NCBI GenBank assembly: GCA_019136655.1
Contig: JAGVTU010000024.1
Location: 259,553 to 323,552, forward strand
DNA length: 64,000 nt
Origin: Bacteroidota bacterium
GTDB taxonomy: Bacteria; Bacteroidota; Bacteroidia; AKYH767-A; OLB10
Direction: 5' to 3'
Made by a program: the position numbers and the translations under genes. A model generated the notes under the pieces. The model searched no databases. It had not been told where the DNA came from and saw only the letters and a program-made list of their open reading frames with translations. Position 1 is the stretch's first letter. Each line of letters begins with the position of its first letter. Shown here in pieces: positions 9,334 through 18,436 of this stretch.

Positions 9334-10611
9334 ATGGCAGCAAAAAAACCTGTTAAAGCAGCCGCTAAAAAAGCAGTAAAAGCAAAACCTGCTGCGAAAA
9401 AGAAAGCGGCCGCGCCAAAGACCAAGGCTAAAGCACCGGCTAAGAAAAAAGCAGCACCTGCTGTAAAAAAAGTTGCTCCCAAAAAAAAGGCAGCCGTTAA
9501 AACCAAAACCGTTAAACCCGCTGTTAAAAAAAGTGTAGCCAAAGCTAAACCAACTGTAAAAACTAAAGCAACTGTAAAAAAAGCAAGTAGTAAAGAAAAA
9601 GAAATTAAACAAAAATCATTAGCGGTTAAAAAATCAGGAAAAAGCATGTCAAAGATAGACACCAAAGCCAGAGGTAAAGGCAAAAGTAAAAGTAAAGTTG
9701 AAGAACCGGTAATCACCAAGGTCAGCAAACCGGTGGTAAGAAGATTGACCGAGACACGTAATTTAAAAACCGTAGATACAGATACGGCTGCTAAACTCTC
9801 CAGCAAATACACCGTTGGAGATATTACCAAATTTCAAATCAAAATGCCTAAGAAAGGTGTTGCAGATGCTTCGGTAGAAGAAAAGTTACAGGCATTGTTT
9901 CAGTTACAGCAAATTGATTCTGAAATTGACAGAATAAAAGTTGTACGTGGTGAACTTCCTATCGAAGTGAAAGATTTGGAAGATGATGTTGCACGATTAG
10001 AAACACGCATTCATAATATTAGCAATGATATAACTGAATTTGAAAAACTCATTGGCGAAAAGAAAATTGCCATTAAGGATGCTACTGCTCTGATTAAAAA
10101 ATATGAAGGACAGCAAAATAATGTGAAGAATAACCGTGAGTATGAGTCCATCACTAAAGAAATTGAATTTCAGAAACTCGAAATTGAACTAAGCGAAAAA
10201 CGTATTAAAGAATATACTTTTGAAATCAATTCTAAGAAACAAATTCTTTCTGAAACTGAGGAAGAACTCGGATTCAGAAAAAATGATTTGGAAGGCAAAC
10301 GTAAAGAATTAGACACCATCATTGAAGAAACACGTAAAGACGAAGAAAAACTAAAGGAATATTCTGCCAAAGCAGCTTCAATTATTGAAGAGCGTTTATT
10401 GGGGGGGTATCATAAAATCCGTGAAAATGCAGCCAATCACCTGGCTGTAGTTTCTGTTCAGCGCGACAGCTGTGGCGGATGTTTTAATAAAGTTCCTCCT
10501 CAGCGTCAGTTGGAAATTAAACAGCGCAAAAAGGTTATTGTGTGTGAGCATTGCGGAAGGATTCTTGTTGATGCTGATATTATGACAGATCTTGATGAGG
10601 CAAAAGCATAA
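9334..10611 (+). CDS. fusion protein: N-terminal histone-H1-like Lys/Ala/Pro-rich tail (~180 aa) plus C-terminal COG1579 coiled-coil C4 zinc-ribbon domain (HP0958/DUF164-like)
   Basis: Residues 1-~180 are AKKPVKAAAKKAVKAKPAAKKK… low-complexity repeats. Residues ~190-425 are a long coiled coil ending in CGGC…(x18)…CEHCGRIL, a zinc ribbon. The gene starts 2 nt after the nif3 stop; the Nif3/COG1579 pairing is conserved. Confidence 0.75.
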   Translation: MAAKKPVKAAAKKAVKAKPAAKKKAAAPKTKAKAPAKKKAAPAVKKVAPKKKAAVKTKTVKPAVKKSVAKAKPTVKTKATVKKASSKEKEIKQKSLAVKKSGKSMSKIDTKARGKGKSKSKVEEPVITKVSKPVVRRLTETRNLKTVDTDTAAKLSSKYTVGDITKFQIKMPKKGVADASVEEKLQALFQLQQIDSEIDRIKVVRGELPIEVKDLEDDVARLETRIHNISNDITEFEKLIGEKKIAIKDATALIKKYEGQQNNVKNNREYESITKEIEFQKLEIELSEKRIKEYTFEINSKKQILSETEEELGFRKNDLEGKRKELDTIIEETRKDEEKLKEYSAKAASIIEERLLGGYHKIRENAANHLAVVSVQRDSCGGCFNKVPPQRQLEIKQRKKVIVCEHCGRILVDADIMTDLDEAKA

Positions 10612-10633
10612 TTTAATTGCATAAACATTAAAA

Positions 10634-10662
10634 AAGCTGCTTCTTTCGGAGCAGCTTTTTTG
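10634..10662 (+). terminator. rho-independent terminator after the zinc-ribbon gene
   Basis: aagctgct / agcagctt 8-bp stem, 8-nt loop, then T6. Confidence 0.65.
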
Positions 10663-10697
10663 TTTCCGGCAAATGGCAGAAAATTTTCTTTCTAAAA

Positions 10698-10728
10698 TTT
10701 GGAGAATAACCTACTATACCTATCTTTG
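10698..10728 (+). promoter_or_regulatory. Bacteroidota sigma-A promoter for tRNA-Val (TTTG-N19-TATCTTTG)
   Basis: -33 TTTG at 10698-10701, a 19-nt spacer, and -7 TAtcTTTG at 10721-10728, about 22 nt upstream of the mature tRNA 5' end. Confidence 0.5.
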
Positions 10729-10750
10729 CACGCTCATTTAAAAATCCTAT

Positions 10751-10825
10751 GGGAGCATAGCTCAGCTGGTTCAGAGCATCTGCCTTACAAGCAGAGGGTC
10801 ACAGGTTCGAATCCTGTTGCTCCCA
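10751..10825 (+). tRNA. tRNA-Val (anticodon TAC)
   Basis: Cloverleaf read by eye: acceptor GGGAGCA/TGCTCCC, anticodon stem TCTGC/GCAGA with loop CTTACAA, T-loop TTCGAAT. No encoded CCA. Confidence 0.9.
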
Positions 10826-10836
10826 CACTAAAGGTC

Positions 10837-10866
10837 AAGCACTTACAATCGTAAGTGCTTTTTTTG
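10837..10866 (+). terminator. rho-independent terminator after tRNA-Val
   Basis: aagcacttac / gtaagtgctt 10-bp stem, loop aatc, then T8. Confidence 0.7.
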
Positions 10867-11040
10867 TATTGCAATCAGAAATCCGGTTTTTGGAAATGCA
10901 GCATTGCAAAAGGTATCACCTTTTATTGCTCTTTAATCAAATGATTTTTCATGATATTTTTAGAGTAAACAGAAGTAATATTAAACATCCTCAAATGTGC
11001 AATTTGCTAATTTTTATCTTTGCACGTTTGTAAATAAATT

Positions 11041-12888
11041 ATGGATAGGAATTCGATAGTTGGAGTAGTGCTGATAATGGCTGTGCTGATAGGGTTTGCA
11101 TTTCTCAATCAACCCTCAGATGAAGAAATTCAGGCGGCCAAGCAAAAGCAAGACTCTATAGAACAAGCCGAGCAAAAATCGCGTGAGCTTTTAAAAATTA
11201 AAAACGACTCCACCCTTCTGGTGCAGGCTGATACACTAAGCAGTGATAGCTTAAATGATAGTCTAAAGGAAGACAAATTAAAGCAACTTTATGGTGATTT
11301 TGCACCAGCTGCCAATGGTGAAGACAAAACTGTTACACTGGAAAACAACTTGCTAAAACTTAATATCAGCAGCAAGGGCGGGAAAATTTCATATGTTCAG
11401 TTAAAAGACTATAAGACATGGGATGGTAAACCACTTGTGCTGAACAATGGCGACAGTGCAGTATTCAGCTTTAATTTTTTCTCCGACAACAGAGTAGTTC
11501 GCACCAATGACTTGTACTGGACTTTACCCTCCAAAAATGTAAATGTTAGTTCTAATGATTCGGGAGAAGTATCAGTGAAACTGGAAGCCGGAGAAGGTCG
11601 TTATTTGGAATATGTTTATTCGCTGAAAGATAACGACTATCGCGTAGGACTGAAGATAAACTTCGTCAACCTTAACCAGATGGTTGCTGCCAATACAGGA
11701 TATATAGAACTTGACTGGAAACAAAAACTGTTGCAGCAGGAAAGGAGTCATAAAAATGAAAGTGCAGTATCTACTGCTTATTATCGTTTTACTGATGAAG
11801 AAGTAGATCATCTCAGCGAATCAAAAGATGATGCCAGTGAATTAAAAACAAAAGTTGAGTGGGTTGGCTTTAAACAACAGTACTTTTCGAGTGTACTTAT
11901 TGCCGAAAAACCATTTGAAAGTCCTACTAAAATCACAAGTAATATTATAAACGATGAGGGTGCGGTTAGATATATGTCAGCCAACTTCACCATTCCTTTT
12001 AATCACAGTGCTAAAGAAACAACTGATCTGACATTTTACTTTGGACCTAACCATTACCAAACACTTAAGAAATATCACATTGGTCTTGAAAAATTAGTTC
12101 CGTTAGGATGGGGAATATTCGGATGGGTAAACCGTTTTGCAGTGATTCCGGTATTTAACTTTTTAAACGGCTTCAATATCAATTATGGAATAATAATTTT
12201 GGTATTAACCATTCTGATAAAGGTAGTTCTGTTACCTCTCACGTATAAGTCGTACCTGAGTACGGCAAAAATGAAAGTACTTCAACCTGAAATTGCAGAG
12301 TTGCAGGGCAAGTTTAAAGAAGAGCCAATGAAACTGCAACAGGAAATGATGACGCTTTACAGAAAAGCAGGAGTAAATCCACTGGGAGGATGCCTGCCAA
12401 TGTTATTACAGATGCCTATCCTTATTGCTATGTTTCATTTTTTCCCTGCATCCATTGAGTTAAGGCAAAAAGGATTTCTCTGGGCTCACGATCTCAGCAC
12501 CTATGATTCCATCTTGGATTTGCCATTCAACATTCCATTTTATGGCGACCATGTGAGTTTGTTTACTATACTCATGACAGTGTCAACCATTATTTATACG
12601 AGGTTGAATCAGCAAATGACAGCAGCAACCAACCCTTCAATGAAGTATGTCATGTATCTTATGCCAATCATGTTCCTGGGTATTTTCAATAATTATTCTG
12701 CAGGTTTAAGTTATTATTACTTTTTAGCGAACATGATTACCTTTGGACAAACATACCTCTTCAAGTTGTTCGTTGATGAAAATGCCATACATGCACGTAT
12801 ACAGGAAAACAAGAAGAAACAAATCAAGAAATCCAAGTTTCAGGAACGTCTTGAAAAAATGGCAAAAGAGCGAAGTGTGAAGCGTTGA
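11041..12888 (+). CDS. yidC: membrane protein insertase YidC (long Bacteroidota form with large periplasmic domain)
   Basis: 615 aa with an N-terminal TM, a ~330-aa periplasmic domain, and the C-terminal 60-kDa IMP core ('NPLGGCLPMLLQMPILIAMF', 'GLSYYYFLAN'). Confidence 0.9.
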   Translation: MDRNSIVGVVLIMAVLIGFAFLNQPSDEEIQAAKQKQDSIEQAEQKSRELLKIKNDSTLLVQADTLSSDSLNDSLKEDKLKQLYGDFAPAANGEDKTVTLENNLLKLNISSKGGKISYVQLKDYKTWDGKPLVLNNGDSAVFSFNFFSDNRVVRTNDLYWTLPSKNVNVSSNDSGEVSVKLEAGEGRYLEYVYSLKDNDYRVGLKINFVNLNQMVAANTGYIELDWKQKLLQQERSHKNESAVSTAYYRFTDEEVDHLSESKDDASELKTKVEWVGFKQQYFSSVLIAEKPFESPTKITSNIINDEGAVRYMSANFTIPFNHSAKETTDLTFYFGPNHYQTLKKYHIGLEKLVPLGWGIFGWVNRFAVIPVFNFLNGFNINYGIIILVLTILIKVVLLPLTYKSYLSTAKMKVLQPEIAELQGKFKEEPMKLQQEMMTLYRKAGVNPLGGCLPMLLQMPILIAMFHFFPASIELRQKGFLWAHDLSTYDSILDLPFNIPFYGDHVSLFTILMTVSTIIYTRLNQQMTAATNPSMKYVMYLMPIMFLGIFNNYSAGLSYYYFLANMITFGQTYLFKLFVDENAIHARIQENKKKQIKKSKFQERLEKMAKERSVKR

Positions 12889-12928
12889 TAAAAAAGTATA
12901 TTGTTTAATTTGAATAAAAACCAAAATC

Positions 12929-13636
12929 ATGAGTAAGGTAGTTAATAATGTAGATGAAGCAATCCGTGATATAAATGACGGAGCAACCATCATGTTTGGC
13001 GGATTCGGTCTTTGTGGAATTCCTGAAAACTGTATTGCAGCATTAGTGCGTAAAGGCGTGAAGGGTTTGACATGTATTTCCAATAATGCAGGTGTGGACG
13101 ACTTTGGTTTAGGTTTGCTTCTGAGAAATCATCAGATAAAAAAAATGATTGCTTCTTACGTAGGTGAGAACGCTGAATTTGAACGTCAGATGCTGAGTGG
13201 CGAAATGGAAGTGGAATTAATACCTCAAGGTACTCTGGCCACCCGCTGCATGGCAGCAGGCTATGGAATGCCTGCAATTTTTACTCCTGCCGGTGTTGGA
13301 ACAGAAGTGGCACAAGGCAAAGAAGTTCGAAAGTTTACTTTCAATGGTGTAGAAAAAGATTACCTGATGGAATATGCCTTTGATGCAGATTATGCCATTG
13401 TAAAAGCATGGAAAGGCGATACTGAAGGAAACCTAATCTATCGTGCTACAGCAAGAAATTTTAATCCCCTAATGGCTATGGCAGGAAAAATTACCATAGC
13501 AGAAGTTGAACATCTGGTGCAACCCGGTGAACTCGTTCCTGATTATATTCATACTCCCGGAATTTATGTACACAGAATTTTCCAGGGCGAAAAATTTGAA
13601 AAACGTATTGAGCAAAGAACAGTCAGAAAGAAATAA
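12929..13636 (+). CDS. scoA: 3-oxoacid CoA-transferase subunit A
   Basis: [33 protein letters not shown]…; CoA_trans family I alpha subunit. Confidence 0.88.
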   Translation: MSKVVNNVDEAIRDINDGATIMFGGFGLCGIPENCIAALVRKGVKGLTCISNNAGVDDFGLGLLLRNHQIKKMIASYVGENAEFERQMLSGEMEVELIPQGTLATRCMAAGYGMPAIFTPAGVGTEVAQGKEVRKFTFNGVEKDYLMEYAFDADYAIVKAWKGDTEGNLIYRATARNFNPLMAMAGKITIAEVEHLVQPGELVPDYIHTPGIYVHRIFQGEKFEKRIEQRTVRKK

Positions 13637-13747
13637 GACTGTAATATAAGCACTTGCAGTTTTATAACAGTAAAATTTCCCACAAAAACATTTAAACTCC
13701 TTAGAAAACTTTATTAGCATTTACATTAATAATTAAATACCAAAGAG

Positions 13748-14404
13748 ATGCTTGACAAAAACGGAATTGCAAAACGAATTGCACGCGAAGTAAAAGACGG
13801 GATGTATGTAAATCTCGGAATAGGTATTCCTACTTTAGTAGCTAATTATATTCCTGCAGGTATTCACGTTACATTACAATCAGAAAACGGAATTTTAGGT
13901 ATGGGACCATTTCCTGTAGAAGGAGAAGAAGATGCTGATTTTATAAATGCAGGGAAACAAACCGTAACTCTTCTTCCCGGTTCTTCCATTTTTGACTCTG
14001 CCACCAGCTTTGGAATGATACGTGCTCAGAAAGTTGACCTCACCATACTTGGTGCTATGGAAGTAAGCGAACAGGGAGATATTGCAAGTTGGAAAATTCC
14101 GGGCAAAATGGTGAAAGGTATGGGAGGAGCCATGGACCTTGTTGCTTCCGCAAAAAATATTATTGTGGCAATGCAGCATGTAAATAAAGCAGGTGAATCT
14201 AAGCTCCTAAAACAATGTACACTGCCGCTTACCGGAGTGAAATGCATTAAACGCATCGTGACTGAAATGGCTGTGCTTGATGTTACACCTCAAGGATTTA
14301 AACTGCTTGAACTTGCACCAGGAGTTTCTGTTGAACAGGTAAAAAATGCAACGGCAGGAAGATTGATTGCAGAAGGAAATATTCCTGAAATGAAAATAGA
14401 CTGA
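13748..14404 (+). CDS. scoB: 3-oxoacid CoA-transferase subunit B
   Basis: 'NLGIGIPT', 'SENG' with the catalytic Glu, 'GGAMDL'. Beta subunit, 111 nt downstream of scoA. Confidence 0.88.
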   Translation: MLDKNGIAKRIAREVKDGMYVNLGIGIPTLVANYIPAGIHVTLQSENGILGMGPFPVEGEEDADFINAGKQTVTLLPGSSIFDSATSFGMIRAQKVDLTILGAMEVSEQGDIASWKIPGKMVKGMGGAMDLVASAKNIIVAMQHVNKAGESKLLKQCTLPLTGVKCIKRIVTEMAVLDVTPQGFKLLELAPGVSVEQVKNATAGRLIAEGNIPEMKID

Positions 14405-14409
14405 CCTCG

Positions 14410-15819
14410 GTGCGCTACCTTGAACACTTTGAAAAAATAGCTCCCAAAAGAGTACGGAAACGCAAAACTCATTCGTATTACTGGGACGACATTACTTATT
14501 ACTGTAATTATTTCTCACATGAATCTATTTCTGTATTAGAGGTAGGCTGTGGCACTGGCGAACTTTTAAATGATATTCGTGCTGCTAAGAAAACGGGGAT
14601 TGACTTCAGCCCTGCAATGATTGCTGAAGCTAAAAACCGTTTCCCGGAAATTTCATTTCAGGTGATGAATGCAGAAAATATCACACTGAATGAGAAATTC
14701 GATTTGATAATACTTTCAAACCTGATAGGTTATCTGGAAGATGTTCAAACTGTATTTGAACAGTTGAAAAAAGTTTGTCATGAACGAACTAAAATTATAA
14801 TCAATTATCACAACCATCTCTGGGAGCCTGTCTTACGTTTTGCTGAAACCATCGGACTGAAAACCAAAACACCTCAACTCAACTGGCTTACGCGAATGGA
14901 TGTGCGTAACCTGCTTACACTTGCCGGTTTTGACTGCTATCGTGAAACACGCAGAATGTTGTTGCCTGTAAACATCCCTCTGCTCTCCCCTGTTATCAAT
15001 AAAATTTTTGCAAAACTGCCTTTGTTGCGTTTGCTGTGTATCAACACATTTTCATTTGCAAAACCGGTTGGCACCGCAGCAGAAAATGTCAATCACAAAT
15101 ACTCTGTCAGCATTGTAATTCCTGCACGCAACGAAAGCGGAAATATTGAAAACGGATTGCTTCGCATTCCATCCTTTGGCAAATGGCAGGAAATAATTTT
15201 TGTTGAAGGCAACAGTACAGATGATACATGGGAGCAAATAAAAACTATTGAAAAAAAATATGCATCCACGCATCGTATCAAAACTGCAAAGCAGGAAGGC
15301 AAAGGAAAAAACGATGCCGTTAGAAAAGGATTCGGCATGGCTGAAGGTGATATACTGATGATTCTTGATGCAGATCTAACCATGCCACCTGAAGATTTAC
15401 CTAAATTTTATAATGCCATTGCCTCGGGCAAAGGTGATTTTATCAATGGTTGTCGTTTGGTTTACCCTATGGAAAAAGAAGCCATGCGTTTTCTGAATAT
15501 GTTGGGAAATAAATTTTTCAGTTATGCCTTCACATGGCTGCTCGAACAACCTTTTAAAGATACGCTATGCGGAACTAAAGTGATTTTCAGAGATGATTAC
15601 GATCGTTTAGTTAGCAACCGCAAATTTTTCGGAGAGTTTGATCCTTTTGGTGATTTTGATTTAATCTTCGGTGCATATAAACTCAATCTTAAAATTCAGG
15701 AGTTGCCTATTCGTTATCGCGAACGTACCTATGGCAGCACCAATATTTCACGGTTCAGACATGGATTGATTTTGCTGCGCATGTGCGGTTTTGCAGCCAG
15801 AAAAATAAAATTTATTTAA
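14410..15819 (+). CDS. bifunctional class I SAM-dependent methyltransferase / family 2 glycosyltransferase (DPM1 / polyprenyl-phosphate sugar synthase-like)
   Basis: The N-terminal half has 'VLEVGCGTGELL' (motif I) and 'IILSNLIGYLED'. The C-terminal half has 'SIVIPARNESGNIE', 'ILMILDADLTMPPEDL' (DxD) and 'GSTNISRFRHG'. The GTG start at 14410 lies 6 nt after the scoB stop. Confidence 0.75.
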   Translation: MRYLEHFEKIAPKRVRKRKTHSYYWDDITYYCNYFSHESISVLEVGCGTGELLNDIRAAKKTGIDFSPAMIAEAKNRFPEISFQVMNAENITLNEKFDLIILSNLIGYLEDVQTVFEQLKKVCHERTKIIINYHNHLWEPVLRFAETIGLKTKTPQLNWLTRMDVRNLLTLAGFDCYRETRRMLLPVNIPLLSPVINKIFAKLPLLRLLCINTFSFAKPVGTAAENVNHKYSVSIVIPARNESGNIENGLLRIPSFGKWQEIIFVEGNSTDDTWEQIKTIEKKYASTHRIKTAKQEGKGKNDAVRKGFGMAEGDILMILDADLTMPPEDLPKFYNAIASGKGDFINGCRLVYPMEKEAMRFLNMLGNKFFSYAFTWLLEQPFKDTLCGTKVIFRDDYDRLVSNRKFFGEFDPFGDFDLIFGAYKLNLKIQELPIRYRERTYGSTNISRFRHGLILLRMCGFAARKIKFI

Positions 15820-15856
15820 ACTTCGTCAGTTGTATTTTAAAGTGCAATTTTTCTGA

Positions 15857-16441
15857 TCAGTGCAGAAGAAATTGCTGCAAAATATTCCTTTTCAGTTCAG
15901 GAAAAAAATCATCAAAATCTTTCTTAAAATCAGGATAATGTTGTTGCAGAAAATCAACAGCCTCATCCATATTATTATCAAAACTTGCTCTTCGGCTCAT
16001 GCCTTTCAGCGCCATATCAAGCCCTTGCAGCGAAGCATAATTCTTGAGCCAGTTATCACGCTCCATATACACCATCATGGCTTTGGTACGCTCAGGAAGA
16101 TATTGCTCATATTGATGCAGTATGGCATAAACCTTTTTGCTGTAGTCATCCATGTCAACATTTGAGTATGCAGGCCATGCTGCAGCAAGAAAATGGTCGT
16201 AAAAAATATCGCAGATAACAGGAGAATATTTTTTGAATCCCGGACGAAGTAAAGCTTTACTTCTCTCCACAACAGGATGCGAATCTGTGAAGTCATCAAT
16301 AAAACGATGCATCCTCACACCTTGCTGAATTGCTTCAGGAAAATTTTTCCATTCATGTCCTTTCAGGTGATCTGCAATAAAATTTCCTACCATCACCTTC
16401 TCATCATCACCCGATAAATACAAATGCGCCAGAAAGTTCAT
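15857..16441 (-). CDS. acpH: acyl carrier protein phosphodiesterase
   Basis: MNFLAHLYLSGDDEKVMVGNFIADHLKG… matches the AcpH family, including the HD-like N-terminus. Confidence 0.8.
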   Translation of the reverse strand: MNFLAHLYLSGDDEKVMVGNFIADHLKGHEWKNFPEAIQQGVRMHRFIDDFTDSHPVVERSKALLRPGFKKYSPVICDIFYDHFLAAAWPAYSNVDMDDYSKKVYAILHQYEQYLPERTKAMMVYMERDNWLKNYASLQGLDMALKGMSRRASFDNNMDEAVDFLQQHYPDFKKDFDDFFPELKRNILQQFLLH

Positions 16442-16512
16442 GGCGCTAATTTACTCAAAACCTCTATTGATTCTCTTCTGCTTTCAGATTAATCACACCT
16501 CTATAAACGGTT

Positions 16513-16543
16513 ACAGGCGCAGAGAACCACCAACTGCGCCTGT
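16513..16543. terminator. GC-rich 10-bp hairpin (acaggcgcag…ctgcgcctgt) between convergent genes; possible factor-dependent terminator
   Basis: Perfect inverted repeat with an 11-nt loop and no flanking T-run on either strand. It sits between the 3' end of the SprB-repeat gene and the 5' end of acpH. Confidence 0.3.
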
Positions 16544-16571
16544 GAAAAACAACCAACCATGAAAAGTATCT

Positions 16572-18311
16572 TTACCTGCCTTTTGTCAATAGTCTGGTGT
16601 ATGTGTTATTTTTTGTTTCTACTTTCAGAAGATAATTGCCTGGTGCTATTTCTGTAGTGTTCACAGCTATTTCATTGGCATCCTTTGTTGTTGTATTCAG
16701 TTCCACATTCTGAATTTGTCTTCCATCTACGCTGTATAGTTTAATTGCCTTAATGTCACCTGCAGTTTCATTGAATTTGATGGTAAATGTGCTGCTGAAT
16801 GGATTAGGATATACAAGCATATTATCATTCATCATGCTGTTGTCAGCCGATCTCATCACTGCTGCCATCTGATCTTCTGCCGAAATCAATACCTGATGAT
16901 TCATCACACATCCATTGCCATCCTGAATAGTTACCTGATAAATACCTTGCGAAAGTTGCGTGCGCTCCTGACTTTTTATTCCGTCATTCCAGATGAATGC
17001 ATAAGGTGGCATACCTCCAATCACCTGCAATGTTATTTGTCCGTCAGCACTGCCATTTCCTGTTTCATCTTTTACAGTAGCCAATACACTCATTACTTCA
17101 GGTTGATTTATATGAAATGTATTGCTGTATTTTTTTCCGGCAGCATCATGAATTACTACAGAGTAATTACCTGCTGCTACTTTGGTGATTGCAGATTCTT
17201 GGCTTCCATCAGACCATTCATAGCTGTAAGGTTCTTTTCCTCCGGTCACACTCAGTTTTACTGAACCTGTTGCCGCTCCATTGCACAATACATGTTTAAC
17301 TGTATATGTAACCTGCAAAGGTGATTTTTCATTTATCGTAAAATAATCTGCACCTATACACTGATTACCGTCAGTCACTTTTACAGCATATACTCCTTCT
17401 TCTGCATTCTTCAGCACAGATGTTTCTTCCATGTTCGACCACAGAAAACTGTACTTTCCTGTGCCTCCTGTTACCTGCAATGATATTGCTCCGTTGTTTT
17501 TATTGAGATCAGCATCTGTAACTACTGCATTAATTTTTATAGGCTCAGGATTAACAAGGCTTACATCTACTGATGCAGAACAACCATTCTTATCACTTAC
17601 AAGTAATTGATAGTTGCCCGCTTTCAGACCACTGATGTCTTCAGTTGTTGCACCATTCGACCAATGAAAAGTATAAGGTGCGTTTCCTCCTTTCACTTCC
17701 ACATCAATCAATCCGTTATCATCACCATGACATACAGGATTATATTTTGCAACCGTTATATTCAAAACTTTTGCACGTTCAACCATAATATGCGAGGTCT
17801 TAATACAACCATTGCCATCTACTACTTTTACTTCGTAACTTCCTGCTGCAACCTGTTCAAGATTTTGGCTATGTGTATTATTTGACCAGGAATAAGTAAA
17901 AGGCTGAGTACCTCCTGTTACACGTATGGTTGCACTGCCATTACCGGCTAAACAACTTTCAGATGTTGTCTGCGAATGAATAGCCAATGGATATGGTTCT
18001 GTAATATTTATAGTTTGGGTAGCGGATTTGCCATTTCTATCGGTAACATTCACCACATAATTTCCTGCTTTAATATTTGCCAGATTTTGTTGCGAACTTC
18101 CATCAGACCATTGAATTTGGTAAGGTGCCCTTCCTCCTTTTATTTCCATTTGAATGCTTCCGTCTGAAGCACCAAAACATGCAACATTCTTAGCTGTGTA
18201 AGAAATTTTAATCTGCTTTCCGGCAGCATATAATTCTTTAGGCTGTCCGATGTAACCAACCATCATTAGAATGATGATTGCTTTTGTTGTGTTTTGAAGT
18301 GTTATAATCAT
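16572..18311 (-). CDS. T9SS-secreted protein with about 6 tandem SprB-type repeats and a C-terminal Por/T9SS sorting domain
   Basis: Signal peptide, then ~75-aa repeats (…CFGASDGSIQMEIKGGRAPYQIQWSDGSS…AGNYVVNVTD…NGC…), then C-terminal 'LVYPNPFSSTFTIKF…GNYLLKVETKNNTYTRLLTK'. Confidence 0.75.
   Translation of the reverse strand: MIITLQNTTKAIIILMMVGYIGQPKELYAAGKQIKISYTAKNVACFGASDGSIQMEIKGGRAPYQIQWSDGSSQQNLANIKAGNYVVNVTDRNGKSATQTINITEPYPLAIHSQTTSESCLAGNGSATIRVTGGTQPFTYSWSNNTHSQNLEQVAAGSYEVKVVDGNGCIKTSHIMVERAKVLNITVAKYNPVCHGDDNGLIDVEVKGGNAPYTFHWSNGATTEDISGLKAGNYQLLVSDKNGCSASVDVSLVNPEPIKINAVVTDADLNKNNGAISLQVTGGTGKYSFLWSNMEETSVLKNAEEGVYAVKVTDGNQCIGADYFTINEKSPLQVTYTVKHVLCNGAATGSVKLSVTGGKEPYSYEWSDGSQESAITKVAAGNYSVVIHDAAGKKYSNTFHINQPEVMSVLATVKDETGNGSADGQITLQVIGGMPPYAFIWNDGIKSQERTQLSQGIYQVTIQDGNGCVMNHQVLISAEDQMAAVMRSADNSMMNDNMLVYPNPFSSTFTIKFNETAGDIKAIKLYSVDGRQIQNVELNTTTKDANEIAVNTTEIAPGNYLLKVETKNNTYTRLLTKGR
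16901..18209 (-). repeat. in-frame tandem SprB-like repeat block (about 6 × 225 bp, diverged)
   Basis: Protein-level periodicity with a conserved C…GxxDGS…GGxxPYxxxWS…AGxYxVxVxDxNGC pattern. Confidence 0.6.
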
Positions 18312-18436
18312 TGGTGGTTCAATTAAGATGGCTGCAAGCTATAACTGCACCCATGCGAACTGCGCTGGTTTTAGACTAAACCACCATATTTTTGGGTGAA
18401 AATTTGAATTTTCTTGGTTAATAAGGTAACGATACC

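Noticed and set aside
9214-9830. Two long minus-strand ORFs (9214-9612, 9309-9830) antisense to the start of the 9334-10611 gene
   Set aside because: They translate to Phe/Leu/Ala low-complexity strings and are simply the mirror image of the Lys/Ala-rich (AAR/GCN) coding repeats on the plus strand. The plus-strand frame continues into a well-formed COG1579 domain.
18312-18436. Long-range inverted repeat TGGTGGTT…AACCACCA with a 60-nt loop upstream of the SprB-repeat gene
   Set aside because: The loop is too long for a stable terminator and it sits at a 5' end. It is probably incidental, and it overlaps the start-codon context CCACCAATG.
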